A DNA stretch of 64,000 nucleotides from Cycas panzhihuaensis (lineage: Eukaryota > Plantae > Cycadophyta). The notes beneath the pieces are model-generated. The model was not told the origin of the DNA, did not search any database, and saw only the letters and a list, made by a program, of their open reading frames with translations. Made by a program: the position numbers and the translations under genes. The DNA lies in contig CM041465.1 of assembly GCA_023213395.1 (NCBI GenBank), forward strand, positions 208,141,741-208,205,740. Direction: 5' to 3'. Shown here one piece after another: positions 28,892 through 41,540 of the stretch (within the stretch, counting starts at the first letter, position 1; the number at the start of each line of letters is the position of its first letter).

Positions 28892-30289
28892 TCATGAAAC
28901 TTTGACACATCTGACACACATTAACAAGGGACTTGACTTGAGTTTGAGGTTAAAGACAACATGACAAGACTGACATATAACTTGACTTGGCTTGTCTTTG
29001 AAGCAATGTTTGAACTTCCATCTCTTGAGTCTTGGAATCTTTCTGATGACGATGTCTTGAGTTTTGTCTTCATCCAATGCACTACAAAACGTGTATGTCT
29101 TGATTGCTATGTTGCGTCCTGTTTCCTATTTGATGAATCTTCATGTGTACTCCTAGGAGAGGTATGGTCATCCTGGAATGAATATGAAGTAAATTGACTT
29201 CTCCTTGTTGATTTCCAAACCTGCCAAGATGATTGATTTTTCAACCCATTGATCACTTCCTAGAAGAGTGAGCAATAATGATCCATTTCCGAATTTCCCT
29301 TGTTCAAAAACAAGATACTTTGTTCCTTTCATGTTATCCAGGGAATTCATTGTGCCACGAATGATGAGAGTCTCCATTATGGTCATATGCATGTATTTCC
29401 CTGTTATTGCTATACAAATGTGAAGCATTACTTTGATGTGATTGAGCTTCAAGGTCAAGAATCATATCAAAAAGCTACAGTGATCTTGATACACAAGATT
29501 TTGATCATATGATATTCTCTCCATGTTTCTACTTTCTTTGGAAGAATCTTCCAATGACCTTGTAGGGTAGGCTGTCATAATTTGGATTCTCTCAAAGATG
29601 AACATAGAGATTGAATTGAGAGATATTATGGAAAGTCTCCAACACATGCATATCAATATGTATCTAGACATCATTTGTATCCTAGTTGTAAATCTGTTAG
29701 CACAAACCAGGATGATATTATCCATACCTTTTGTTAACCTACTTGTGTCTCCATGAACTATTACCGGTAAAGATTGATGCCAGGAATCTTCAACCTCCAA
29801 AGCTAGTTCTTTGATGAGACTTAAGGTATTTGATGGAGTCAAGACTTTGTCATGCTGCTTTTCCCTTTTTTCTTTCCTCTTCAATTTCTTCCTTTGATTC
29901 TTTGCCCTTTTGATACTCCGTTGCACTTCTTTAGGTCCTTTTTCATACACTTCTATCAGTAGTTTCCAGGCGTCCTCAGTTAAGTCGGTATTTTGCAAAA
30001 CCTGGATAATGAAGTGATAGGAAGAAGGAAGGTTATCCTTATCAAAGGCTGCAAGTATTACGTCAATAAAAATTATGTTTTTCTTTTTGAAAGTTTCCTC
30101 CCCTTCTTCGTTAGCCAATTCAGTACCCATAACTGTTTTCCAAAGTTTCTTTAATACAAATAGGCTCTCCATCTTAATTTTCTAAAAACGAAAATTAGTT
30201 CCAATATATTTAGGTAAAGGAAAAAACAGATCTGATAACCAATATTCATTTTTTTCAGGCACAAAAACTATGACGTCACTCAACTCCAT
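28892..30289 (-). pseudogene. gag-like fusion ORF of element A (interrupted)
   Basis: MELSDVIVFVPEKNEYWLSD...KIKMESLFVLKKLWKTVMG...AWKLL, then a basic tract and hydrophobic segment, ending DIVIRKIPRLKRWKFK. Homologous to 49463-50830. Confidence 0.75.
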
Positions 30290-31988
30290 GGTGGATGAAT
30301 AAGTCAATTATAGCTATAACTCTCAGAATTTATGGACAATATTTCAGCAACTTATAATGCATCAATAAAAGATATTGTGGTAACAATCTAGGAAAACCTG
30401 ATCTCAGCCTCAATAGTTTTGGAGCATTTAACAACTGGTCATTAACAACAACCTGCTCAATAGTCTCCCTTTTTTTTCGTTGAGGTAGAGTCCTCTTCCA
30501 GACTGATAAAGCTTTGGGCATGTTCAATCAGATGTATTACATACTGTTTGGATCTATTCTGCTACAAACAGAGCTTCTCTATATATAGTCTGTTGGAAGA
30601 CCATCAACAGACATCCAATTCCCAATGTTTGACTTGCAGAATCATCAAGAGCGTGACAACCACTGCCAGTTGTTCCTCTCACTTGTATTCTACTTAGAAC
30701 ACCAAGATCACTTCCGTCTTTGAGCCGAGGATCATTGCGTGACAGATAATCAAACACATCATGGTTGCCTAGTGAGCGTCAACCTATTAACACACGGTAG
30801 AGCACAATATGCAGACAGAGCAAAGAATAGATAGCAGCCTCTGCGATTGTAGCTCAAATCATTGCCCATTCAAGGACGACAGACAGCATCAGCCCTGACA
30901 ACGTATATCTTCACGATTCCGCCACAATAAATTCTATTAAATCTCGGTTGCTCTGCTTATTCATTGTTGGGGGTGTTTAACCAGCTCCATTCTATGGTCA
31001 CAATAATTTCTCAACTGTTTGAAATCCTTATGGGCAGCGTCAGATGTCTCCTCCTATTATTCTATCTTCTTCAAGTACCATGATCGGGCTATAATAAAGG
31101 GTCGCCTCAGAATGAGAGGTCACCTCGGAGACAAGTCTAACAGCTTCTCCTTCTACAGATTCGCAATGCACATAGAAGTTTTTGCATGATAAATGTACTG
31201 GCTTAGCTAACAAATTTGAATCTAGGCTTTATGCTGCGAGTTACTACCAATCCAACAACGTCTTGGAACTTGGGATTTTAATCCCTAAATCCTTTTAGCA
31301 AGGCTAGACAGGATTCATTCCACAGGTTTGCTCTTCCTTGTGTCGATTCAGTCCTGATTAAGAATTCAACTCTGTTATTGCATGCGTCTCTTCTTGGGTA
31401 TGAAACCCTGGCTTAGTATCAACTGGTTTTGACAAGATAGACTCACAGCCCTTTTTCTAAGATGAAAGCTTACAGACCTGCTAGTTGTGATAATGGGTTT
31501 TAAACCCTTTTCTTTTCTTAACTATGGTTGGGTGCATGCAGTGGCTATCCCAAATTTGAAAGCAGACAGAATGAATTGAAATTTATCCTCTTACGAGACT
31601 ATTCTATCCTCTTGCGAGACTATTCTTCGTCAAGGACTCCTTCTGCATGTAGGCTTCTTCTAATTTCCACGGATCAACTAAACACAAATTGGGCGATCCA
31701 TCTCACAGATAGGGGAGCTCTACAAAATAGATAAGTAACCAACTTTACAGTTATACAAGATCTCGTCTCAACTACAGTTATTGTCATTCTTTTGTTGTTG
31801 TGTATTCCATAGTGAATCACGCTTAAGCCTTCTACAATTTTGATTCAGTCTTTCAATGACTCATCTTTCAATCTTCTCTATCGTAAGACATCTCACAATA
31901 GTTATGTCTCATCCTTATTATTCCTGTCACTGTCTTCAGGTATGGTATATTTTATTCTTTCGCGGATATCCGTCCTATTTTATGAAAA

Positions 31989-32190
31989 GGCAAAATTGAA
32001 ATTCAACCTCACAGTCCCAACTCCATATGTGTTTCTTGTTAGATTCTTGAAGGCATCCGGTTCTGACAGAGAGATGGAAAACCTAGTACTCTTCTTGATA
32101 GAACTAGGTTTGACCCAATATGTTATGATCAAGTATGCTCTATCTATACTTGTTGTTGTTGTAGTTTATACTGCTTCAACTGTACCTCTA
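31989..32190 (+). pseudogene. Captured B-type cyclin coding fragment (cyclin box C-terminal part), antisense to element A
   Basis: KLKFNLTVPTPYVFLVRFLKASGSDREMENLVLFLIELGLTQYVMIKYALSILVVVVVYTA matches the plant CYCB1 consensus LTVPTPYVFLVRFIKA..SD.EMEN..FL.ELG...Y......PS..AA.AVYTA. Confidence 0.88.
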
Positions 32191-34390
32191 TGGTTTCTCT
32201 ATCTCCCTCTCTCTTTCTCTCTATAGAGGCAGCTTTGCAGGTCTTACAAGGGCCACGGATCTGAAGTCAGGACCAGAATACTTTTTATGAACCGCTTTTA
32301 GTTTGCTTTCTCCTGAATGTTGGTGAAATGAAACCATCATGCTTGCACATTCCTTTAGTTCTGCTTCTGACAGATTTGCAGATACCACTACATATACTCA
32401 TGATGGTAGATCAATGAACAGAAACCAAATTGCAAGATAGCGACACGATTACACAATCCACGACGAATAGGAGCAACACAGATAGACAGGCAGGAGGAAC
32501 TGAGGCAAGTCACAACACTCAAGTAATACAACAGCTAAGTCTTGATCGACCGCTTTAGGGTTTCAACAATAGAGATGGAGGAGACAGTAATCAAGATTTT
32601 ATGATAATTTAACAGAAATGACCCCACATGTAGGTACTATGAACAAGTCACAGTATTTACAAACCCTCAACGAGTACCAACAGAGATCACATTCTATAGA
32701 TACAAGGTCATATATCATTGCAAAGGAGAGCACATCACCATGATACCATGACAGTATTTCTTCAGCAAACAAACAAGATGTTGTGGAATCAATATTTCAA
32801 TTAGTTCTCTAAGTATAATTGATTAGATTTTGTCACATTAACTAATTTCTTCACATGATAATCCTAACACAAAGCTTGCTTCATAGAATAATAGTATTAC
32901 CTAGTAAAAGGCTTCAAGACACCTCTCATACGACCTCCTTCTTGGCTAAAGCTTTGTGACCTAGCACCACAACGGCCTCAATACGTAACCTGCTCTGATA
33001 CCATGTTAAGATTTTAACATGGAGAACATTCATCAACCACAAGAACAATATCAATGAACAGAGATTAACACAATATAATCATAATGCATTAACATATCAA
33101 AAACACCAAAGACTCGATATGAGCCTTGATGATGTGATGTCACTATACACTACCTCAACCACCTTTATATACAAAACAGGTGGAAGACTACACAACCCAA
33201 GTAATGCATGTGAGACAAATACCTTTGTCCTGACCAATGATATTACACCACTGATTTGACCAATAAGCTTCTATCTTCTCACATAATATTATAATACCCT
33301 CTGACTCTAAGACTTAGGACTATGACTAATAATCCTAGGACCCACTTAACCACACACACACATTAAACATTATATTCTAACAGAGCATAGCATTCCACCC
33401 CAAAACATATGGATAAACTGAAGTAGTCAACAAAGTTTTGGAAACATACCTAAGTTGTTATGTCAAAGATAACCAATCCACGTGGATAAAATGGATTCAC
33501 TTGACTAGATATTAGTATAACACTAGTTATCACACATCCATTAAAATAACACCTTTCGTGGCATTATATAGTTACCCACCTCTTGCACCAATGGACTATA
33601 TTCAAAATACAACAAAAATGCCAACAGCAAAGAAACTGATAAGACAAGCTAAAAGAATCTTAAAATAACTCAAGCAAAACTATGACATCGCAAGGAATCA
33701 GATGAAACAACAAACATACTAAAAGAGAATTGAAAGATAATTCAAGAAGGGAGACTAAGTTTATGTAAAACTACAGCCATATAAACAAAACTCCATCAAA
33801 CAACAAAGTAAATACAAACTAGCACCAAGATTTTATGGCCCATATGAAATTCATATAAGGGTTGAAGAAGTAGCTTACGCCCTTAATCTTCCAGAAGGAA
33901 GTAGGATTCATGATGTCTTCCATGTGTCTAACCTTAAAAAAAGGTAGGACATCACATAGGGACAACAACTAAACTACCCATGACAAATGAGGGAAGGCTC
34001 GTGATGAAACCTGAAGCCATTGTGGATACATGCCAGCGCAAACTTAGATCACGAAACATTAAAGAATACTTGATTAAATGGAAAGGGCTACCACGACAAG
34101 AGGCAACTTGGGCAAATGAATAATCCATCCCAGATCACCCATCATTACATATGCTTTGTGCGCAAAGAGAGATTTTTGAGGGAAGGGACTTCTTGTGACC
34201 CAAGGGGGATTTTTTTGTTCTAAAACATTATTTATTAGAAGTCGGTCTCAAATATTTATTAGGGTATAGGTATCTTATTGGAAGTTGGTTTTATTATTAT
34301 TTTTAGGATGGTTGAATTTAACACCTATAAATAGAGAACTATTATTCACTTGTAAATCATCTTTTGTGCGTTAATCTATTTAGGGTCTTT

Positions 34391-37300
34391 TGTTAGACTT
34401 TAACATGGAAAACATTCATCATCCACAATAACAATATCAATGACCAAAGATTAACTCAACATAATCAGAATACATTGCCATACCAAAGCACCAAAGACTC
34501 AACGTGAGCCTTGATGATTACCTTCTGACATATACTACCTCAACCACCTTTATATACAAAATAGGTGGGAGACCATACAAGACATGTAATGCATGTGGGA
34601 CAAATACCTTTATCCTGACCAATGACATTACACCAACTAACTTGACCAATAAGCTTCTATCTTCTCACACAATTAGGACTATGACTATTAACCTAAGATA
34701 CACAACATTAAATATTATACTCTAACACCTCCCCTTAATGTTTAATGTCAAGACTACAAAAAGTGACCGAATACTAAAGACTAACATGACACTTGATAAT
34801 GGACTTAGGACATTAAACATGACCTCCAATGGACTCTAATTTAATCAACATGTACTTTTCTTTCTTTGAATTTAAAGCGTCTTGATCTTGAAAAGGTCTT
34901 GAACACAATGTCTTGGACTTGATCTTGGTCTTCAACCTTGCAATGTCACCTCTGGAGTAGTCCCTTAGAGTGACGGTTCTTGAACTTTGTCTTTTTTGTC
35001 TTCATGTGCAATTGGGAACCCTTTATCACACAAAATGTGTAATAGATCAAGCTTGAGCTGACTTGTGCTTGGTGAGGACCCATCAGGTGTTTCTGCATGT
35101 ACTTATCAAAGGTGTCTTCAAGGTGTACATCAAATATGCCTTCCATCAGAATTCTTCAGCATGTGAGTGATCAAACACATAAATGTCAGCAATTGGAGAT
35201 AGGTTGACAATATCATCAATATCCAAATATGACAAGAAGTCATCAAGTGGTGAGACAACATCACTTGATGTGTGAACATTGTATAGGCCATCATTATGAG
35301 TATCATCATTATCGTCATCAATGTCTTGTAAGTCACCATCATTTAAGACATAAGCATGAATATCTTCATCCTGCATATGTTTCTCTTCAACAGGACCTTC
35401 ATTGATTTGTGAGCAATTTAGAGTGTAACCAATATTTGAATAAAAAATGAGCTCAACACGATCGTCAAATGGACAAACAGACTTTACTTCATCATCTTTG
35501 ATAAGATCCTCCCCTGAAGCAACGGATTCATCATAGTTACCTATATCCGGTTCAACATGCTCATCCGCTTCAACTTTGTCACTTGAAGTAGCAGAACTTC
35601 CCTCATCATCTTGTTTACCTATATTAACAACGGAATTGTTTTCCCTTTCAAGAGTCTCTTCCACTTGTGCAGGTACTTATTCTGAATCAATAAAATATTT
35701 TGTTTTATCTTCATCACCCAAGAGATCTTTTATCGTACAAAATACGATGAGGATTTCTGTTATGATCACATGTATGTACCTCCCAACATAAGAATAGTGT
35801 AATATCTTACATGATTGCCTCTCTTGACCAAGTATCATGCCCATAACAAACAACAATCTTGGTAGACAAGACTTTGATCAAATGATACTCCAACTATGTC
35901 CTTCCTTCTTTTGAATGAATGTTCTAGAACCAATGTAGGATATGTTAACACAATTTGAATTCTTTCAAGGGTAAAGCGTAGAAAAAGCTGCCATGTTAAA
36001 TGTTGTCATACAAAGTCTTGTGCATATGCATACAACAATGTAACCTGACAATGTTTGGAACCTGGCAACAAATTTGTCAACATAGATTAAAGTGATATAA
36101 TCCACACTTTCCACTAAATCAGTTGAATTTCCATATTGAACCACCTGTAACAGATCAATTTCTGAACTTTCAACGTCCATCCTTTCACTCTTTCTTGTTA
36201 GCGTGCTGAAACTCAAGATGTTTGATGGGATAATTCTCTTTAGTTCTTTATTTTCATCTTCTTCCTCAGATCCTAAGCAACGATCTAAGGTTAAATCACC
36301 AATAAGTTCATTTGCATAGATTGTTTTGTCACAACAATCATATTCATTTATTTCTTCATCAACAAAGAACCTATTTTCATAAATAAGTTCACATACCTTT
36401 TCACCTTCCTTATCATCAAATGAATCTATAAGAGATTCACTCTTACAGAAACTGACCTGATTACATTTATCCTTTTTAATTTTCCTCTTCAATTTCTTTT
36501 TCTGATTCTTTGTCAGGTTACTGTGTGCAACCTGCACTTCTTCCTTTTGACTAGCTGCATTTTTTATGCCTTTACCTTCATTCATTGGTTGTTGGTTTGT
36601 CAGCTTGGAATCAAATTTCTCTTTTATGAAGTTCCATGTTTTGTGTGCCCTACAAGTAGTATTTTGGGTGAGCCAAAAAGTATCACTGTACTTTATGCAG
36701 CCTCCTTGTGTGGACATGAAAGAAATCCATTGAAATGCAAATGTGTCCTTTTGTTCTAGCACTGGTGAAGCATCATTGTATCCTTCTTAAACAATCTCCC
36801 ATAAGCCAAGGGAGATGAGCTAGGACTTTATGTTTTCTGACCATTCTAAATAGTTGTCTTCTATTAATAGAAGATGAGTATGACCCATTTTGATATCTTA
36901 CAATCAAACTGCTTATTGTGCACTTGAAATCAGAAACTCAATCATGTATCCATATGCAACAGAAATTTATCAACAGTCAGCAAAGGACTCATAAATAGCT
37001 TTATCAAAATATCAATAAATACCCTCAAGTCATATATTGAAATGACCGCCTCTGAGATATAGTTCTGATGCCTTAGACGGATTGCAAAATGGATGATTGA
37101 ATGCAGAGATATAAAATAGAACATACAAGAACCCTCTTTGTATATCAAACAGAGTAAAGATAATTTTTAAACTATTATCAGATCTAGCCTTCAAAACATG
37201 ACCTTGAACAATAGAATTTATCGTTGTTTTGGGTCTTTTCAATACAAGAGTGTTATCTGTTTTATCTTGATCGAGTCAACTTTTCTCTATATAGAGGGCT

Positions 37301-39533
37301 GAGATTTAGAAGCTAGCATTGTTCGGACAGGGCCCGCATCTTCCTCGTGTGTACAGTCTTGCTTCAAGTCTGCAACTCATCTGAGTGCTATGAGATAAGG
37401 TGTTTTTCAGCTACATCAACCAACTGCTCCTTTGAAAGGTTCAGGTTAGCAAGATTAAACTGCCTCCAATATGTCAGTATTTCTAATTTACTCAATTCCA
37501 TGCAAAGAGGATTACCACATTGACTTGTGAAGTTGCAATTTTTGTAAGACTTGGAAATTTGTTGGAATTTGATTTCTTAGAAATTCAACTACACTATTTG
37601 TGGGTACCAACCAATGCCAGACACCGAGAACAAAGACTTTCTTCACAACCTCACGAAGACCAATTAGAGCAGATTTCTCGTTACAGTAATTTTAGAACAT
37701 CTATGTAACACAGCCAATTCTTCTGATTACGTTAAAGATCCCTTGTTTGACTTATGCCAAAGGCATCTAGGTTTCGTCTCCCATGATACCATGACCAAAC
37801 TGTAAGCAAATCGCTAAAACCTGTGACATAAACACAGTCTGGAGCTCAACCAGACCAGAGATTGTATCGGTCAAGTTAAATGGCAAGTCGTGACTGTGAT
37901 GTGATGACCAACATCAACCGATCCAAAATCTGTCTTCTTCAAGTGTCTGTGTCCAAGGACGATATCTGAAAACATCTATAAGGGAGTGAATATATACTAG
38001 TCTGCTACTCCAATAAGTGCACAGGACCAAGCCGCCAGGTATACCCAACTGCCAAATATTATAAACAGATAAATCTACCATTCATTGTCGAGCAAATCTG
38101 CTACATCTTTTATCAACGCCAAATTCTATTGTAACCTTGAAGCAATGTCGGCCGGCAGAATATCACAGAGCAATGTGGGACTCAAAATGAGAGATTCTTG
38201 AACAGTGACATAGAGAAGCTTTTCACACAGCTGTGCCTTTTAAACTCTTCACACAAGATGATAACAATCGCTCGATGGCATCCAGTTCAAGAAGACGGAC
38301 TTATGGAGTTACATGCAAAACCCTTACGCATTCACACAACAGTGACAGGCTTGAAATAGTCGCAAGAGTATAGATATTTGGCTTATGACTCATACAATTA
38401 CGTAGAGATGGAACTTATGGATAGTCTACGACTTCAATAGTGCTTCATCAGATAGCCTTGCAGATCTATTATCATAAATTTCCATAGGAGCACCTTTACA
38501 ATCACCAACCATGCACAAAACAGACATAAAGGCAGATATCACCTCACAATCTCCTTTAGCTAGAACAAAAAAAGTGGAGCCAAGAAGAGCGAGCACTTCA
38601 AGCAAGCACGACAACAGTTTTGAATAGAATTGAATGGATTGCACGGATCTCAACAGCGGAGTTCCAATAGGTAAGTTTCTAACTGACCACGCTCACAATG
38701 TCACGAATGGATTACTAGTTCCTTCTCTTAGGATAACCTTGCTCTGAGCCAGCAAACCCTTAATATTCTAACACAATCTCCCAAGGACAAGTATGAAGCC
38801 TTAACTCTCACAGTTAAGGTAAATTTAACAACCATCAATTAAAAAACTTCATGAAATCCTGTTTCATAATCATTTCCTTATAGCAAGGTAAGGAATAGAG
38901 TTACCCAGGCAAAATTCCTGTTTCGTATCAACACTTGGCATACTTCATACCAACGATGACTTTGAGACTTTTCTTCAATTTGGCACCCACTTGATGGAGC
39001 CACCTCCTCTCTCGATCTTCTTCTTACAGCAAGATGGCCTGGAACATCACTTCCTTAATTCAACTCTTCAATCTAGCAGCCAATTTAACGGAGTTGCCTT
39101 CCTCCCTTATCAAAGAGACCTGCACAACAATAACCTTAACAAGCAACCTGCTATGATACCGTGTTAGACTTTAACATGGAAAACATTCATCATCCACAAT
39201 AACAATATCAATGACCAAAGATTAACTCAACATAATTAGAATACATTGCCATACCAAAGCACCAAAGACTCAACATGAGCCTTGATGATTACCTTTTGAC
39301 ATATACTACCTCAACCACCTTTATATACAAAATAGGTGGGAGACCATACAAGACATGTAATGCATGTGGGACAAATACCTTTATCCTGACCAATGACATT
39401 ACACCAACCAACTTGACCAATAAGCTTCTATCTTCTCATACAATATTATAATGATAAATGACTCTTGGACTGTAAGACTTAGGATTATGACTACTAACCT
39501 AAGATACACAACATTAAACATTATACTCTAACA
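34391..39533 (-). mobile_element. Non-autonomous LTR element B (LTR family related to A and C), inserted in the Gypsy 3' LTR
   Basis: LTRs 34391-34727 (with a ~35-bp deletion) and 39162-39533. Perfect TSD TCTTT. PBS-like sequence 39150-39161. PPT 34728-34736. Broken ORF 36888 to ~34860. Confidence 0.93.
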
Positions 39534-41354
39534 TCTTTTGACTGTTTAGCTTTTAAGAGATTCTTTTTGCTTTCATTTCAATTTTCTTTGTCTTTGTGGA
39601 AGTAGATCCAATTTAGGATCACTTCAATGTGTCACTAAGGTCCCTTTGTAAAAGGTCAAATTTGTTTGCAACTTAAAGATGTTTTATCTAGTAAATGGCA
39701 AATATCTAACTATTTGACATAATTCGTGGAGTTGGTTCTAGCATTGTTAGATGTGCCAACGATACGTCACGAGGTGTTTCCACTAGGAGTACCACTATAG
39801 TTTCAATGTGAGTAATTGACCCAAATTTATAAAAGATCTAAATCAACTAATAATTCCTTAGCCAAAATTTCCAATGATCTTGGTAATCGATTAATTGTGC
39901 AAAGAGGTAAGGGATTAGTAAATATAGTGCTAGCATCAAATACTTACTCTTCTCCTTCTTCAATAGATTGGGTGAATACACCTCAATCTACAAAATAGAC
40001 CCAAGAGGATAGTGGCCTACACCATTCGATTCAACACAACAAGAAGAAAAATTTAGATTTCACCCCTCCTTCTCATGGTAGACAAGAGATGATGATGAGC
40101 GTGGTTATTGCCCCCCCATGTAACATAAAATGTAACCATTTTATGTGATATACTTAATCTTCTATTTTGAGGTTGAGTTTGAGATATAAGTGTCTCAAAT
40201 CAGTAGTATGCATGTTAGTTACAAAAGTGTAACCTCTTGTTTATTTTGAGTAAATGCTATAGCTTTCTATCTTAAAAGATTCATTTCCAAGTTTTGTAAT
40301 TGCCACTCGACTTGTGATGCCTCAATCGTATTTAAAAGAGAAGTCTCCTATTGTATATTATGAATCCTTAGAGTTAACACGAGCTATATTTTTCCACATA
40401 TCAACTCTGTGAATCTTTTCCTTGTTATTAGTGTATTGATCCATGTTAGGGCTTAGTATTGATCCGTATCAGACCCGCCTTTAGCTTCACATAGTCTAAC
40501 ACACACTTAGGAGGACACACTACCCAAGGAATCTAGGATGGTCCTGAAATGCACTAGGGATGCAAAAGAAATGCTTGTAGCAAGAAGGAAGGGATGCACG
40601 AATGGCTCACCCAAAAGCTCCACACTAGTATTTTAGTTGTACTTCTTGCTTTTTCTTCCTTGTTCCTATACTACTATACTATCATATTCTTCCTTTGCAT
40701 TCCCCATTTGTTACAAATTGCATAGTTCCCCCTTTTGGCAACATATCAGGTGAACTATACCAAGTAGTCTCCATTGGAGCACCATTTTGAAGACAAGCAA
40801 TCTCAAGCAAGGCAAGCTTTATTTTCTAAGAACAACTCACATTGATTATCATCTTACTTGTTCTGAAGTAATCTAATGATATTTGGTTTCAAGTATTCAA
40901 TTGATTATTTATGTAAAAACAACGTGAAAATTATTTGCAATATGTGTTCATAAGATAATTTGTTGTTTCATGTCCATGTATAAAACAAACAACATCTAGA
41001 GTTGCTCCACTCATAGTGCATGATTCAATTAGAGGATTGAAAATTCATCATCTTGTAACAATTAAAGACATGCTTCATGCCTAAAAGGAAAACAATTCTC
41101 AACAATTGGTCGATATTCTTATTTCATTATCATGAATAAACAGTTAGTCACTTTCAATGAAATAAAGCAATATCTAGGAAAACAAAAGAGATTTAAAAGT
41201 TGAAAGTACGTACTAGGTACCAATATAGAAAGTCTAGATGATTTGAAGGAAGAAGTTCTCACATGAACAAACTACTATATTTCCTTTTCAATACTAGAAA
41301 AGAATGATCATTCACTCTCCACACAAAAAGCGGAGAAAGAAGTATTCAACTTAC

Positions 41355-41540
41355 TTGTATAAATAATACCGGTATCTTCACCCTCCCAATAATCTCCCTA
41401 GTACTTGCTTTGGTATAAAAGTCTTCTATTGTGTCAAACCCATGAACAACTCTTGATATTGCTATTTCAAATTCTCGAACAGATGTTGCTGACAATCCTC
41501 TTTTGACATCAAATCCTTTTTTCTTACCTTGAAAAAGAAC
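41355..41540 (-). CDS. Next internal exon of the same alpha/beta-hydrolase-fold gene
   Basis: TGCAG acceptor and GTAAGT donor; 186 nt, in frame after a 256-bp intron. Translation VLFQGKKKGFDVKRGLSATSVREFEIAISRVVHGFDTIEDFYTKASTREIIGRVKIPVLFIQ. Confidence 0.9.

Larger units (their letters stand above)
28457..33382 (-). mobile_element. Non-autonomous LTR element A (gag-like ORF plus ~2.7-kb mosaic leader), inserted in Gypsy integrase
   Basis: LTRs 28457-28834 and 33004-33382, nearly identical. TSD AAGCA/GAGCA. PBS 32992-33003. PPT at 28835-28843. Confidence 0.93.
20757..39626 (+). mobile_element. Decayed Ty3/Gypsy chromovirus (Reina-like, ~5.7 kb net) carrying three nested insertions
   Basis: 5' LTR 20757-21060 and PBS 21063-21074. 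gag/PR ~21690-23100. RT/RH/INT 26690-28456 and 33388-33950. Chromodomain PEAIVD...EYLIKWKGLPRQEATW at ~34010-34120. PPT then 3' LTR 34191-34390 + 39539-39626. TSD ATGTG at 20752-20756 and 39627-39631. Confidence 0.9.

Noticed and set aside
29300-29800. Antisense reading of the hydrophobic segment as a captured host gene
   Set aside because: It has several stops and is less conserved between A and C than the sense frame.
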